From Fistulifera solaris (taxonomy: Eukaryota): 64,000 bases of DNA. Both the position numbers and the translations under genes were made by a program. Of the stretch, positions 24,302 through 37,338 are shown in pieces (the first letter of the stretch is position 1; each line of letters begins with the position of its first letter). The notes under the pieces are model-generated. The model ran no database searches, was not told the origin of the DNA, and was given only the letters and a program-made list of their open reading frames with translations. The stretch lies in the NCBI GenBank assembly GCA_030295235.1, contig AP026126.1, forward strand, positions 1,364,001 to 1,428,000. The letters run 5' to 3'.

Positions 24302-25531
24302 TCAGTCCTCGTCTACTAATGCAGGATTAAGCAACGGTGCTTCTCTCTTCCAGTCCGGCCTCCTTTTTGGTTGCTTTCCCATTATCCAATCACAAACTTC
24401 TTGAACAAGTTCATTCAATTCATCTTCGTCACCGTAGCTCGCTTTTTCAAACCCTCCCATGGCATCTTTCACCATATTCCGTGCGTCAATATCCGGAATG
24501 GTATCCAAACCAAGCTCAAAAAAGACCGGTGTCAAATGCGTCCCGTTCAGACCTGACACATGAATTGAAGAGCACGCCTCGGACAATTGAGCACTATTGT
24601 GAAGCGTATCACGGTCCATGGCAAACAATCGCGTCTTTCTCTGTATTTTCTCGTCAAATTTACTGGCTATCAGTTGATAAGTCTGAGACGGAGTAGGACT
24701 GAAATCAATACCCATAGCCGACACGGCTGTTTCTGCAAAGCCGAAGAGTTGGTTGAAAAGGGCATCGCTTTGTGGTGGCATGTTTCCACCCGGTCCGCCG
24801 ATATTACTCTGCAGCTGCTGCGCAAACTCACGCGTCATACGGACCGTTTCTCCGAAACCAAAGTTGTTGAAACCGATGATACCCATTCCGGCATATTCGG
24901 GCTTCATGGCACAATAGTGAATGATACTCAGTTTGCCTCCTAAACTGTGTGACAAGGAGTAAACGGGGAGTACTTCTGGATACTGGAATTTGTCTTGACA
25001 ATGCAAGACTGCCTGCAAAGCCCGTTCTCCCGTTTCTTTCGCCAACGCGAAATGGTCCAAGGCAATCGTGTAAGGCACCGCCAAAACTGCGGCATTGAGT
25101 CGATTCGACAAACGCAACAGGAGTTCATTATAGGCAATTTGCGGGTATGTACCCAAGCCTGCTCCTCCCACAAACAGAATAATACAGCTCGGTATTGATC
25201 CGTACGGTGGTTCCAGTAGATATACTTTGTCTTTACCAGTACTATCAGCAAAGAGAGCCCACAAAGGATCGCTCGATGTTGGTCCAGAAGAGTTTGCGGA
25301 CGATTCCGAATCTAGCCGTAAAGTCTTCCAGCGCGATGCACCCGGTTTCGTCCTTTGCTGAATCTTCCATTGTTGATCAAGTCGGGCTAATGTGTTGGTG
25401 AGTTCTGAGAAGTTATCGCTGTACAATCGTGTCCTGGAAATTCGCTTTTCACGATTCAAGACCGAAAAAGCAAAGGTGCGTTTGAGACAAAAGAACAGTA
25501 GGATCGAAGCAACGCGATATCCCGCAACCAT
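24302..25531 (-). CDS. DUF1350-type alpha/beta hydrolase, probably plastid-targeted
   Basis: Presequence ending RTFA-F. Motifs FVGGAGLGTYPQIAYNELL, DHFALA, SHSLGGKL nucleophile elbow, FSPTP and GTHLTP. Confidence 0.75.
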   Translation of the reverse strand: MVAGYRVASILLFFCLKRTFAFSVLNREKRISRTRLYSDNFSELTNTLARLDQQWKIQQRTKPGASRWKTLRLDSESSANSSGPTSSDPLWALFADSTGKDKVYLLEPPYGSIPSCIILFVGGAGLGTYPQIAYNELLLRLSNRLNAAVLAVPYTIALDHFALAKETGERALQAVLHCQDKFQYPEVLPVYSLSHSLGGKLSIIHYCAMKPEYAGMGIIGFNNFGFGETVRMTREFAQQLQSNIGGPGGNMPPQSDALFNQLFGFAETAVSAMGIDFSPTPSQTYQLIASKFDEKIQRKTRLFAMDRDTLHNSAQLSEACSSIHVSGLNGTHLTPVFFELGLDTIPDIDARNMVKDAMGGFEKASYGDEDELNELVQEVCDWIMGKQPKRRPDWKREAPLLNPALVDED

Positions 25532-26122
25532 TTCTAGATATCTTTTGCGAAAGATGTGTTGTATTTTACTCTAGATAGGAGGTAATGATCGTCGGAAGTC
25601 GGATGAATGAGTCAAATCTAATTTCGACGATTTGCGTAGACTGCTCGTGCAACGCGTTAATGCGCCCCATGCCTGGAGAACCCAGTCACGTACACTTTAA
25701 AACTACAGTGAACTTGGATACCATCGATCCGGATGCGTTTTGACGCATTTTATAATCAACATTGCGCGAATTTGCAAATCAGCTTTGTTTTTCTTATATT
25801 GGTATTTCGAAAGTTGAGTTGGCGCTTCCAGTATACTTTCGATGGTGAACCTAGTGTCATTGCTGCTGATCCCTGATCCTTTCAGATTTATTCATGACTG
25901 AAATTCAGTCGTGGCGAATGTTGAGTTGGAATTATCCCTATGCTAAAAGGCTTCCCGTATAGGGATAAGTGATTTTATGCTATACGAGTGAGTAGATGCC
26001 CACAGATACCGGTACCGGTACCAGTACCAGTCAGCCGCCGCGCAACGCCAGCAGCACACTATCGCAATAAAGACACAAGATACATGATGATACAAGCAAC
26101 CAACTATTAACCAAATCCATCA

Positions 26123-27067
26123 ATGTCATCCGATTCGACAAATACAGAAGAAGCTTTGCGAGAGAGCCTACGATCTGCGCTGCAAGCGCTGAGTCGCCGA
26201 GAGCCTTTCGATCCGACCTACAAGCGCCTCCTCGCCAACAACAATCGTTTGGCAAACCCTCCACTTTTATCGAGGGATAAATTCTATCGAAAGGTTGGAT
26301 CGGATTTTCGAGCGCGTGTTGAAGTCTTCCTTGCGCAAACCGCTGGAAAGGAACCTTTGGATCGCATCGCACAGCGCCAGCCACTAGAAGACTCGGCCAT
26401 GAGAGCATCTTTTACGTTGCGAGAAGCGAAAGAACACGAGCAACAAGCTCTTCTGGAAGCTACACTAGCTTCATTTCCGAAACGAAATGGGTTGGATGCT
26501 TTACAAAGAAAGCGTTACTTTCATGAAATAGTGCTGGGCTTGCAACATCAAAAGAAAAAGATCAAGACAAAAGCTTCCTCCGGAATATCGGAATGGGAGC
26601 GTCAACGAGATCAAGCCAGAGCCAGAGAAGAAGCAAGGAGACTAAAGGAGCAGGAAGAAAACAGACAGAATGATTATATGAGAAAGGCTCAGACACCTCA
26701 ACAAGCGTTGTACAAGCATTATTTTCCTATTTTCAAAAAACTATGGGAAATGGAATTCGCGCACTTGGGAGGTATCAACCCATTCCGCGTGGTGATTGAT
26801 CGAGAAAACTGTGCTTCGGTGGGAGCACCAGACTACTTTGATATTATTGAAAAACCAATGAATTTGACCTATATTCAGCAAAAAGTAGAGGGCCGGAAGT
26901 ATGAATCGTTACGACCCTTCTTCGAAGACGTCGAGCTGATGCTCCGGAACGCAATTACTTACAATAGCGACGTCTCCAATCCCTACCGAATCGCTGCAGA
27001 GGAAATGAAGAAGATGTACATCAAACTAAAGAAACGGCTACGTGATGCCATTCAAAAGAAAAGATAG
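26123..27067 (+). CDS. Bromodomain-containing protein
   Basis: NPF...APDYFDIIEKPMNLTYIQQKVE...Y...FEDVELMLRNAITYN. Confidence 0.9.
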   Translation: MSSDSTNTEEALRESLRSALQALSRREPFDPTYKRLLANNNRLANPPLLSRDKFYRKVGSDFRARVEVFLAQTAGKEPLDRIAQRQPLEDSAMRASFTLREAKEHEQQALLEATLASFPKRNGLDALQRKRYFHEIVLGLQHQKKKIKTKASSGISEWERQRDQARAREEARRLKEQEENRQNDYMRKAQTPQQALYKHYFPIFKKLWEMEFAHLGGINPFRVVIDRENCASVGAPDYFDIIEKPMNLTYIQQKVEGRKYESLRPFFEDVELMLRNAITYNSDVSNPYRIAAEEMKKMYIKLKKRLRDAIQKKR

Positions 27068-27163
27068 TGTTTGATGAACAATTCATAAGGCAATAAGTGC
27101 TTATTTCGTCTACTAAGCTAAACATTACGGAGTACTTTCTGGTGTATTTTTAGTCAGGGGGAC

Positions 27164-30100
27164 TTAAGCCAGAGTTCGAGCACTAACTAGTCCACTTTCA
27201 CTAATGTTGAGCAGTTCAAAATGCTTTTCAAGAGCTCTTTCCATGTCACTGCGGGCTGCTAGCAGGTCTGCCAGGAAGACGCTCTGAGCGTTAGCTCCTA
27301 CCTCCAATTCAATGGAATTCCACAAAAGGTCTATTTTGCGATGAGGGACGTAATCGATGTCACCCCTTTCTGGAAGGCGGGAGGATGCTTTCGTCTGACG
27401 ACCCCAGGATCCTGAGCCGCTTAGCACGGAGCTCACAAGCCTGCACGCTTCAATAAACATACCACGTTTCATGTACAAGCTCAATAAGGCATTTGGGTCC
27501 CCCGAGTATAATGAATCGTCTTTAGTTGATCGTTTTGCGAAAAGACCGGGTCGTTCAATATCAGCATTACCGTAAGTCAAGAAATATTCGAGCCATGCTG
27601 GTAACTGCGCGGCGCCGATTTCTGAGAAAAGAAAAGCTTCGGCAACTTCTTTCGCAATATTGTTTTCAGGAGTTGTATATAAAACGATCAGACTGTGACA
27701 TAAAGCATTGGCACCACATTTTACAGCATTCGCATATAAACCAGACAAGAAGATTCCTGATCGTAGCGCCAAGACTGGAGGGCGCGTAGTAAGTAAACCA
27801 GTTATTGTTTCATGGGCTGATTGGAGTTGCGAAAGGGTCGGTCGTGTGGTAGGCACTAGTTCACCGGATGCCAGCGGTACTAAATAAGTGCACAAAAGAT
27901 GACCAAGAGCATCGACAAGGACGTCTCGACCACAGGGCTTGCTCTGGAGCAGCTTCTTTGCTGATAGGCAACAATCAGTCCGTCGTGATAGTATCCGCAA
28001 GCAAAAAGGGTGTCGACGCATGTCTTTAAAGTATCACTTGTAATCGATTTTTTAGCAAGAGCGGAAGTCGCAAAAGCTTTCCCAACAGGTGTTAAGTCTT
28101 CATACAAATTCTTCAAGGCGATTTTCCAGACTGCTCTGGTCGCAAGCTCGTCTTTTGTGTGAAAGGCGACATCATTGCCACTTCCAACCAGTAATGCTTT
28201 AGAGCCCATGCTGGGTGCTAGAAAATCCCCTTGCGTACCTGCTACTTGATTCAAGGCAAGACGACACCCAGATGAACCCAAGACGAGATCTTCGATGATC
28301 AGCTGTTCTCTGCGGTCTAACGCTTGAGGGGATAAATCCAAAATGTCCGTGGTGCTTAGGAAAGCGATTTGAGCTCTTTTGTATCTAACGTGCATCGAGT
28401 GAGCCGCGTTCTTCCATTTACCCTGCGACACATGGAGGGAGTAAAGAGCACCGAAGTAGTCTGACAAAGGCTCGGGTTCAATCGCAAGGTGTGAGTAATG
28501 ATCACGACAGCTATTCTCCTGGAACGTTTCGACGGCTATAGAATACAACTCATTGTTTCTCTGGAGAGCTTCGATAAGGCCTTCTTCTTCGACACTATTG
28601 TCCAAAAGGAGACTCATATCGCAAAGAGTAGCCAAAGCACCACTATCAACCATGGCTCTGACGAGCCTTTCGATACGTTCACGCCGTGCTTGCGCATCGG
28701 AACAACTTATGGATGCCTTCATCGCTGTTTTCCAGTCCCTTACCAAAATTGGAAACAGAAAAGAGAGACAGCCATAGTTTTTCCACCCCTTCTTCGCCAT
28801 CGACAAGCGTGCAATGAATTGCTTCCATGATATAATCCTGCAAGACACTCGCATGTCGGTATTGTCCTGCAAGGTGGTGGCACAGCGTTTGCAAATTTTG
28901 CATCGACACGCCCATATCAGAGGTATCAAATGCCAACAGGACCACTGCCCGTTCAACCATGTAGACGGCTTCTGAGTCGTTCGCCGTACGAGACGCAGTC
29001 AACAAACACATAGCGAAAACGTGCTTCCGTTTATTATCTACGATTCGACTGTCGACCGAGTTGGGCAGTGACATACTGACTGCCAAAAGTCTTAATGCGA
29101 GCTTAGGTTCATCAGTTACGTTCCCAGTCGATGGAGGAATCGATGCCAGCTCTGGAAGTCTGACGTCGTTGAATGGCGAGCCATCTGCGTTCGCGTCGCA
29201 CATGTAGCGGTGGATGGCATCAACAGTAAGCTGAGTTACCGACGTGGTAAAGGCTGGCGATGTCGGTGAAGTTTCAAAGTCGGAAAGATAAATCAGTAAC
29301 GAGTCGATTGAGACCGTTTTCTCATGCATGCCATAGACCTCTAAGACACTGCTCAATCCCTCAAAGGGCATACGTATTGGTCTTTGTGATCCAAACGCTA
29401 GTGACTGCAAAGGACGAGGCCCGGAGAAGACAAAGCGCATATTTACACGCTGAGCCGATACATACAAGCCCGTCACAGCTTTAAGATAGGCCCGCAAAGC
29501 GGCTACGGCAAAATCACCTGTCACTGTTTTCAGAACAACCAATCGACCCAGGAATACACGACGGAGAATATCAAGTGTGCGAATAGTCAGACCTGCTGCA
29601 GCAAGCCTTTGTTGTGCGGACAAAACGCCTTTCCCATTAGAAGCACCAGAAATTGAAATATCCTTTGAAGACAGCAATTGAATAAGCGGAAGGCGCTTAA
29701 TCCTTTGAGCATCTTCGTGTGCAAATTCAATTTTTTCAATCTCCGAAACTTCGTTCGCGGTCAAAAGTGTATCTAGAAGCGGCGAAGCTTTCCTGCATAC
29801 TTCAGCAAGGTATATTTCAAGACGGCTAACACTGTCAAGGTCAATCCCAAGTTTACCTCGACGAACACAATCACACGCGATACACTCAAACTCCGCAAGC
29901 GCCGAATACTCGTTTGAACATTCCATAGCGTTAAAAGCTTTCCAACTCACTTCGTCGATAAGACTGTTACTCTGTGAAAGTCCTGCGCATCGTATAATTG
30001 AAATAGACCCTGCACGGACTACCACAGCTTTGTCGCTATTAGCACTGATCGCAGCAAAACATAGCTGTACTCGCTCGCGACACTCTTGCTCCCAAATTTC

Positions 30101-31958
30101 AGATAAGAAAGATCTCCACCTACTCTCATGATCTTGGCATGCAATGCGCCAATCCCCATCTACTTGTATTTGTTCGAGCTCAACTACATCTTGAGCTTCC
30201 TGCTCACTTTCTTGACGAGATGACTTGTTGACTGAATCATAGATGGAAATGCTGCTACTGTTCCCTGTAATGAAGCTGTGTTTCACAGGTGTATTGGGTT
30301 GCATGCGCGACGCGTCCTTACGACGCCAAGCTTGCACAGCCTGCAAAGTCTCAAGCTCGATTGAAACGCTGTTATTAGACGGATAGCTTTGGAGGGTTCG
30401 ATCCATTTTCATTAATCCACGTCGAATGTAGAAAGGCAACGGTGGGAGAACTGTTCCTGTCCCTCGAGGATGCGAGGGTCGAAACAAGAAACTTAGGAAG
30501 CGCTGGTCAATATGCTGGATTCTGTCTTCAACTGATACAGGGCCGTCGGAGTCCCTCGTGAACGTAAGTTCACTCATGAAAGTTAGCTTCTCTATTTGCT
30601 GTCGTTCTCTTGTTGCTAGATTTTCGAGAAAGAGGAATTCCGATTGAGCATACGGTTCACTTCTCATCATTGAATTTCCGTCTTTCTTGAATTCGGCATG
30701 GATGGAGCACTCGGATAAAGTGCTCTGAAAGACAACACTGAGCGAAATAATTCCATTGTCTCGGAATGACATTGCGAGCACAGAAGTAGCTTCAGCTGGG
30801 GTCTGAAGTCGCATGTCGATTTCCTTTCTGGCAGAATCACCATCTAGAGGTCCTTCCAAAACAAATAAATTCGCATACCCCCCTGGACATCAAGGACTCG
30901 TTAGATTCGAGCAGCTCTATGTCGGTGTCTTCCTCCATTTCAACTTCATTATCGGGAATGCGTGTTCGAATATGAATAGCCAAAGCATAATTGTCCTGAT
31001 AGCGTTTTGCTGTCATGGATATAGCAAAACTATCGTTCCCATCCCAAAGTTCTCCTCGTGGAATGCCCTGAACCGAAGGTTCCGTCACAGCCCACGGTAG
31101 CATTGACGGCAGTGGCTCATTTGAGTCTTCGAGTGTCCAGTGTCGTACAATCCCATCAGTATGCAAAGAGAATACGTGACGCGCATCATTATCCGCAACA
31201 GCCAAAGCAGAGACGGGCTGCATATCAAAAAAGGTTTCATTAATTGCAAAAGCCGAAGCGCGAAAAACACTAGTGTATCGAAAAAGCACGGATGCGCGTT
31301 CTTTCATTCGTTCCTCACATTTCAATTTGCTCCATTGACACGTCTCCCGTGTCTCCAAATCACCAGCAAGCAAGAACGGATTCAAAGCAAGCAATACCCG
31401 AGCATGCGAAAGAACAGCTACCATCGAAGAGTTTAGATGAGCACGAGTCACGGATTCAAGCTTCTCCGCCAACTCTTCACCAGCTTTCCATAAAATAATA
31501 TCTTCGTGCGGTTCTAAAGATTTGAGATCCAATTTGATTCTGAGTATGGTTGCCTCTTCCGTTGCGACGATCAGGCCTACTGCATCGGACTGATCCCACG
31601 GAACAGCTTGTACTTTGATAGGATTAATAAAACATGAAGCTTGTGAACCGAGGTCGATTTGGATCATAGATGACGCGGAGCCATCATCCGGTAATAAAGT
31701 AACAACCAACACAGACGGGTTTTCCCCAAGCGGCGATGTCACAACCTTGCAATTCGCCAACGACGAAACGCTGGCCATGCCTCGTAAGCGAGACAAGTCA
31801 TCCTCCAGAAAATTATCAAGGGGAGAGTTGTATAACGTCAAGGACGAATCATTGCTAACCAATCGTAGAGTATGGCTGATCTCATTAACAGCATATCGCC
31901 GTATGCCAACCTCCAACGAGGGAAATACGACGGGAACTTCAATAGCAATTTCCTTCAT
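27164..31958 (-). CDS. NUP160: Nucleoporin Nup160/Nup120-like (split by apparent frameshifts)
   Basis: About 1,600 codons over four overlapping ORFs. N-terminal beta-rich region with VFSLHTDGIVRHW; helical C-terminus with YFGALYSLHVSQGKWKNAAHSM, LPAWL and LLSLYMKRGMFIEA. Confidence 0.7.
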
Positions 31959-32552
31959 GGAGCAAAGGTATCGTATATCTAGTAAGAAAATGAAGATTTA
32001 CTTGGCAGCGTTAGCAATTTCAACAACCTTGTGGTCCATATGGTCGATAAACCATGTGAGATGCGCTGAACAATGAATCCTTGCGAGCAAAGGCCAGACG
32101 ATATTTTTGATACGTAGTATTCATGAATGACTGAAATGCAATCTTGGTTACGTCGTGGAAACACCGCAATGAATTTCCGACGTTAAGCATCGAGGCATTC
32201 AATGAAGATGATGCCGATGACAACTGCATTGGGATAGCGATATACCAAGCTAGCAGAATAACCACAGAGTTAAGGTAGCAATCTGACTATGACTTCCTAA
32301 ACAAGTCCAACAATCAAATATCTTGATCAAAGTTATCAGTCACGAATCACCGTGATTTGCCTAGTTGTTGACGTTAGTTTTTGTTCGGTCAACTAGATTG
32401 ATAGAGCAACAAACAGAATCGAAATGAATTATCTACATAAAGTCGACCACAGCTAATGATTAAATTGGGCAATCTCTACCGATCAATACAGAGTAAAGAA
32501 CAAAAGAGAAGTTGGCTTAATCCGAAGCGTTCAGCACGAGATCTGGTCTCCA

Positions 32553-35040
32553 CTATCGCATCATTTCACGTTCGAATAGAACCGCGACGAGTTTTTTGAT
32601 CTCATTCATTTCACTCACAATTTCATGCTTTTTCTCTGCCACGAGAGACTTCATTTGCATTACTTGCGTTCGGTCCAATGCAAGTTCTTGCAAGAGTTCA
32701 TACTTAAGGCCGTTTACTTCCTCTTCAAGCTTTTTAACCTGAGTCTTTCGGAGCTCATCTTCCATCTCAATATCTGAGGAATGTTTCGAAATCACGCTAG
32801 TAAACACAGCCTCACGGATCTGAGGCGGCCAGAACCAACCCATCGTTAAAAGTCCCAATAAAATCCATAGCGGAATGATGAATACAGCTGCCACCACCCG
32901 AAGCAGTGTGTAAGCAAGAAAGTCGAAGGAAAAGTAGCCTTCTTCGACCTCGTCCTCAAAAAAGTTCTGTGATCTGCTTCCACAAGTCTTTCCCAAAAGG
33001 GCGACTTTTAGCTTGCGAAACGCCCAGAGGGCCCAAGTAATTTGCAATAGCGTCCATCTCAGACACGAAATCAAGGCGATTGGTCCAAAAGACAATAGCC
33101 GCGCGTTGATCCTGAATAACCTTATAAGAATCTGATACAATCGCAATAAGGACATTGGCCAAAAGAATGACTACCAAGAACATAAACACGATAAAGAGTG
33201 CTGTCGCTACTCCAGAATCCGAAAAGCTGCTCTCATCGACTTCTCCCAATAGCATAGTATAGACACTAAGGAACGAATCCCATAAGTTGCAATATGGCTG
33301 AATCTGACTGACTTCGCATCGAGTTTCGTGCAAGGTTAATTCAGGATCTTGTTCGGGTCTCATCAAGCAGTACGGGGTTTGTTGAAACGTCGTGTGAAAC
33401 ATTTGCGCAAAGGCGATCAATATGACAATCAATGCTGTCAAGAACGCAACAAGCCGACGGACAACGTAGAATACACCACCGACAAAGACAGCAAAGTCAA
33501 TCATCATGTTTCGTAAATAGGAAAGCAGCTTCAACCACATGATCGAAGCGCTCACAGCGGCTGCTACTCGAAAGTAGTCTCTGTCACCCGTGCCCGTGTT
33601 CATCCTTATGATCCAAAAGAAAACCAAGAAGACCAGCGATAAGTTGACGGAGTTACTCGAATCATACAAGTACAAGTTCAGTGACTTGAGAGACATTAAA
33701 CTGATAACCTGAACAATCTCACGGAGAGTGAAGTAAGACCCACCAATATATAACGGCAAGAGTTCAATCAAGCCTAGAGCATCATCATTAGGATCGTCAT
33801 TGAATCGTAGCTTGATTGACTTTTCCACAGATCTGAAATAAAAGACAATTATCATGACGAGCACGTAAAAGTCGAGCATGAGAACTGCTGTAGGAAAGCG
33901 CTGTGAAATTTTTTCGTTCAATAAATTTTGCACGATAGGCATGACGACAGCTTTTTCTGACAACCAAACCGGAAGAGACTGGAGAGCCGTCAAAAAGTCA
34001 GCACTAGGTTCTGGATTTGCATTTAGCAAGTGTTCTAAGCAGCGAAACACAGATTCTTGTTTTTCTTCCCGCTTATCGTCTTCTGTTCGAACCGTCGAGG
34101 CATACTCGGCCAAGACACGTAGCGGGAGGGGTCCGTTGTCGACCGAATTGACAATCTCTCGATTAAGACTCAATAACAATCGGACCGCGGAAGGCACAGA
34201 CTTTCGTCCTGCATTCGACAGTGCGAAGTGAAGAGGTGTTCGATCACGCTTGTCTTTTGTTTGAATCGCTTCAGGGTAAGCGTCCGTGAGCACATAAAGA
34301 ACTTCTTCCGACGCACCAAAAGCACAAGCGTAATGCAAGGGCTGATAAATTGTAATTTCATGAGAAATTGTGAGTTGCAGAACATGATGAATGGAAGATT
34401 TGCACAAACGATAACGTACCAGCATTCCAATTTCGTCAGGAAGTTTCGCTGCTCCCGATGAACTCAGCAGAAAAATAACATCCGGGGAGGCAGGCTTGTC
34501 ACCCAATGCAAAGTGTAGCGGCGTACGCCCGCGTCGATCGACAGCTGTCTTACTTTCCGGATAAGCGTCCGCCAAGGCCTTGATGACCTCTGCCGAGGAT
34601 CCCGAAGCGCATAAATAATGAATGGGCAGCCAACCGAACGAATCCGGCCATCGTACAGTATCAGCCGCGATAGACAAGAGAACATCAATCACATCCAGAG
34701 GAGGGACGTGTCGACACGCAAAGTGCAAGGCCGTCAAGCCGGACTCTCCTCGTTGTTCCGCAGCAGCTCGAACTTCAATGGCGTTGCGAGATGACAGCCA
34801 CTCTCTTACAGGATGCCAGGATTCTTCAGCTTCAATGTGTGATTCTGGGGTGTCTTTTGGAGCTTTGGCTCTTGCACAGAGAAAGTTGAGTAGCATCACA
34901 TCGGGCACGCTGTCATCAACTGTTGTGAAAGTGTCATTCGCATCGCTGAGGAAAGAAGCCTCTTCACGCATGTTGTGCATTCTCTCGTCCTCTTGGCGTG
35001 CCGGACCCATCTCGTACGATTCATCGTCATCCTGCGACAT
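32553..35040 (-). CDS. Ankyrin-repeat, six-TM TRP-like ion channel
   Basis: Ankyrin repeats (GLTALHFAC, GWLPIHY, GRTPLHFAL), then S1-S6 with pore SFLSVYTMLLGEVD and S6 ILLANVLIAIVSDSY, then a coiled-coil tail. Intron about 34343-34419; slip near 32960. Confidence 0.85.
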
Positions 35041-35421
35041 GATTTTTCACTTGTTACTAAAAGTAATGAGGTAACTATTGTTTTTCCGACTGCAGTTTCT
35101 TTGATCTAAACAACAAGAACTCATTCGATCGTCTAGCTCGTTGCGAGGTGTCGAGAGACATTTTTACTGGTACGCTTTTTTGTCCCGCCTATTAATCTCG
35201 ATGACTTTTCTTTCATAAACGAAAAGTATCTTAGCGGTATAAAGCTAGTAACTCAAAACTCTATCGTTGATTGGAGTTCCTGGTAATGTGCGCGCACTGC
35301 AACAACATGCGAACATGGACTTTTCTTGTCTTTCTCGTCGAACAGGTGCTGACGCTTTTCTTATTCATTCAAAGGAAACAGGAAATAATAATGAAGCCAG
35401 ATCATTTTTAATAATACAAGC

Positions 35422-36981
35422 ATGACTACCGCGTCAATTTCATGTGCCATAGACCGTAATGATGCGAGCATCCCGGCGGATACTTATTGTTCACGAAAGG
35501 ATGAACAAAGACTTCAACAAACGGCGGAGGACCGTGACGCAACAGAATATCGCAATCCGCTCATGAATTTCTTTGGAAGCAATAACACCCAGCGTCTCGA
35601 TCACGACGAAATAGAGTTGGATGATATTCGTGTTCTTTCTTTCGTCAGCCGAGAGCGCGAACCCGAATTCGACGATTGCCCCGAATACAGCTATGATTCT
35701 GACAATGAAAATACCTCGCAGGACGATTATCACGTGACACATGGTTCCGACGAGGCAGACGAAGTCAAATCTTTGCAAACCTACATTCTCGGAAAGAAAT
35801 ATCATCCCGTTAACGACTACACGCTTCGGAGAGAGGACGAAATATCACTATTTTGGTTCACCTATCGCTGCGATTTCCCTGAAATGAAGCCATATCGAAT
35901 TCAAAGCGATGCCGGCTGGGGTTGTATGCTGCGATCAGCTCAGATGATGGTCTGTCAAGTCCTACGACTACACTACAAATCACGTACATGGAGACCTCCC
36001 AAGTCGTTAGCAGCACGGCGACAAGACCCGTTCGTCAGGAGATTGATGACTTGGTTTGCCGATTTTCCATCGACCACAGAATGCTTTTATTCCTTCCAAA
36101 ACATGGTAGCGGCTGGACTGAACTATGATAAATTACCCGGCGAATGGTACGGACCTGGCACGGTGAGCTTTGTCATTCGCGATTTAGTAGCCATGCACGA
36201 CCAACAGCGGCAAGAGTTCGGCAAGCCTCTATTTCGAGTGCACGTTGCAAGCCAAGGGACTGTGTACCGTGACGAAATTCGCCGACTAATGATACAAGGC
36301 GCAGTAACCGCTGTTCTTACAAGTGGACAAAGTGCATCGAGGCCCCGTGCTGCGCATCCGTTGGACCACGCTGCTTGGGAAGAAGATCGTCTCGAAAAAG
36401 TACCCGATTGGGACACTGCTTTGCTGCTGTTAATCCCTTTGCGCTTGGGTCTGAAAACGTTCAATTTGGACTACGTCCGACCACTTGCTCATACCTTTTC
36501 GTTGCCCCAGTCTGTCGGCGTTTTAGGGGGTCGCCCACGGGGAGCGCGGTATTTTTACGGCGCATTTTCCGATGGATCGAAAATCTTTGGTCTCGATCCG
36601 CATACTGTTCAAGCTGCGCCGCAGCGAGCTTCTGTTAGCATCAACGGAGAACTGTCGTCAGTGATAGATTTATCGGACAACTATCTTCGGTCCATACATA
36701 CAGCCGACCCCGAATCTATTTCCCTCGAGAAGATGGATCCGAGCATCACCCTAGGTTTTTATTGTGAAAACGAACGTGATCTACAATTTGTTTTTGAAAG
36801 CGTACAACAGTGGAAGAGGACACACCCTGGGTCACCGGAGTTGTTTACGACGGCAAATTATTCGCCGGACTACGCAGCAAATGTTTCGTCAACCATGAAG
36901 AAAATCATGCTATCCAGTTCCTCGCTCATTGACACGGAAGATGATCAAATAAGCGATGAAGATGACTATGTCATGCTGTGA
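35422..36981 (+). CDS. ATG4: Cysteine protease ATG4
   Basis: FWFTYR, SDAGWGCMLRSAQMM, PGEWYGP, LIPLRLG, PQSVGVLGGRP, LDPHTVQ and MDPSITLGFY. Confidence 0.95.
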   Translation: MTTASISCAIDRNDASIPADTYCSRKDEQRLQQTAEDRDATEYRNPLMNFFGSNNTQRLDHDEIELDDIRVLSFVSREREPEFDDCPEYSYDSDNENTSQDDYHVTHGSDEADEVKSLQTYILGKKYHPVNDYTLRREDEISLFWFTYRCDFPEMKPYRIQSDAGWGCMLRSAQMMVCQVLRLHYKSRTWRPPKSLAARRQDPFVRRLMTWFADFPSTTECFYSFQNMVAAGLNYDKLPGEWYGPGTVSFVIRDLVAMHDQQRQEFGKPLFRVHVASQGTVYRDEIRRLMIQGAVTAVLTSGQSASRPRAAHPLDHAAWEEDRLEKVPDWDTALLLLIPLRLGLKTFNLDYVRPLAHTFSLPQSVGVLGGRPRGARYFYGAFSDGSKIFGLDPHTVQAAPQRASVSINGELSSVIDLSDNYLRSIHTADPESISLEKMDPSITLGFYCENERDLQFVFESVQQWKRTHPGSPELFTTANYSPDYAANVSSTMKKIMLSSSSLIDTEDDQISDEDDYVML

Positions 36982-37037
36982 GCAGGGAATAGGGAGACGT
37001 GGATGTCATACAACGTTATTTCTTTACACCAAGGGGA

Positions 37038-37136
37038 CGTCTTGAAAAAGTACCCGATTGGGACACTGCTTTGCTGCTATTAATCCCTTTCTGATTGGGT
37101 CTGAACAACGTTCAATTTGGACTACGTTCGAGCACT
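37038..37136 (+). repeat. Diverged copy (about 100 bp) of an internal ATG4 segment (source 36388-36485)
   Basis: Shares gaaaaagtacccgattgggacactgctttgctgct...ttaatcccttt...ttgggtctgaa...aacgttcaatttggactacgt with the source, with a few substitutions and a 1-nt insertion. Confidence 0.9.
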
Positions 37137-37326
37137 ATGTGGTGCAAAAGCTGCGAGAGCGATGCGAGACGCATAGATTGAATACCGCACCGGCAAAGAA
37201 AGTGCATCCACAATCGCACTGGTACCCAATTGTTTGCTGAAGCATGTGATCCGTTTGGAAGCACCACAACAATAAAAAAATGCACCATGGCGCGCAAAAC
37301 TTTTATTGCTAGTAACAAATGAAAAC

Positions 37327-37331
37327 AAAAA
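37327..37331 (-). terminator. Pol III oligo-T terminator
   Basis: TTTTT on the minus strand, 7 nt after the end of the tRNA 5' half and right after the AGCGTT trailer; a further TTTT follows. Confidence 0.7.
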
Positions 37332-37338
37332 GAACGCT

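Noticed and set aside
3084..31958. Nup93 and Nup160 as a nucleoporin cluster
   Set aside because: They are more than 20 kb apart with many unrelated genes between them.
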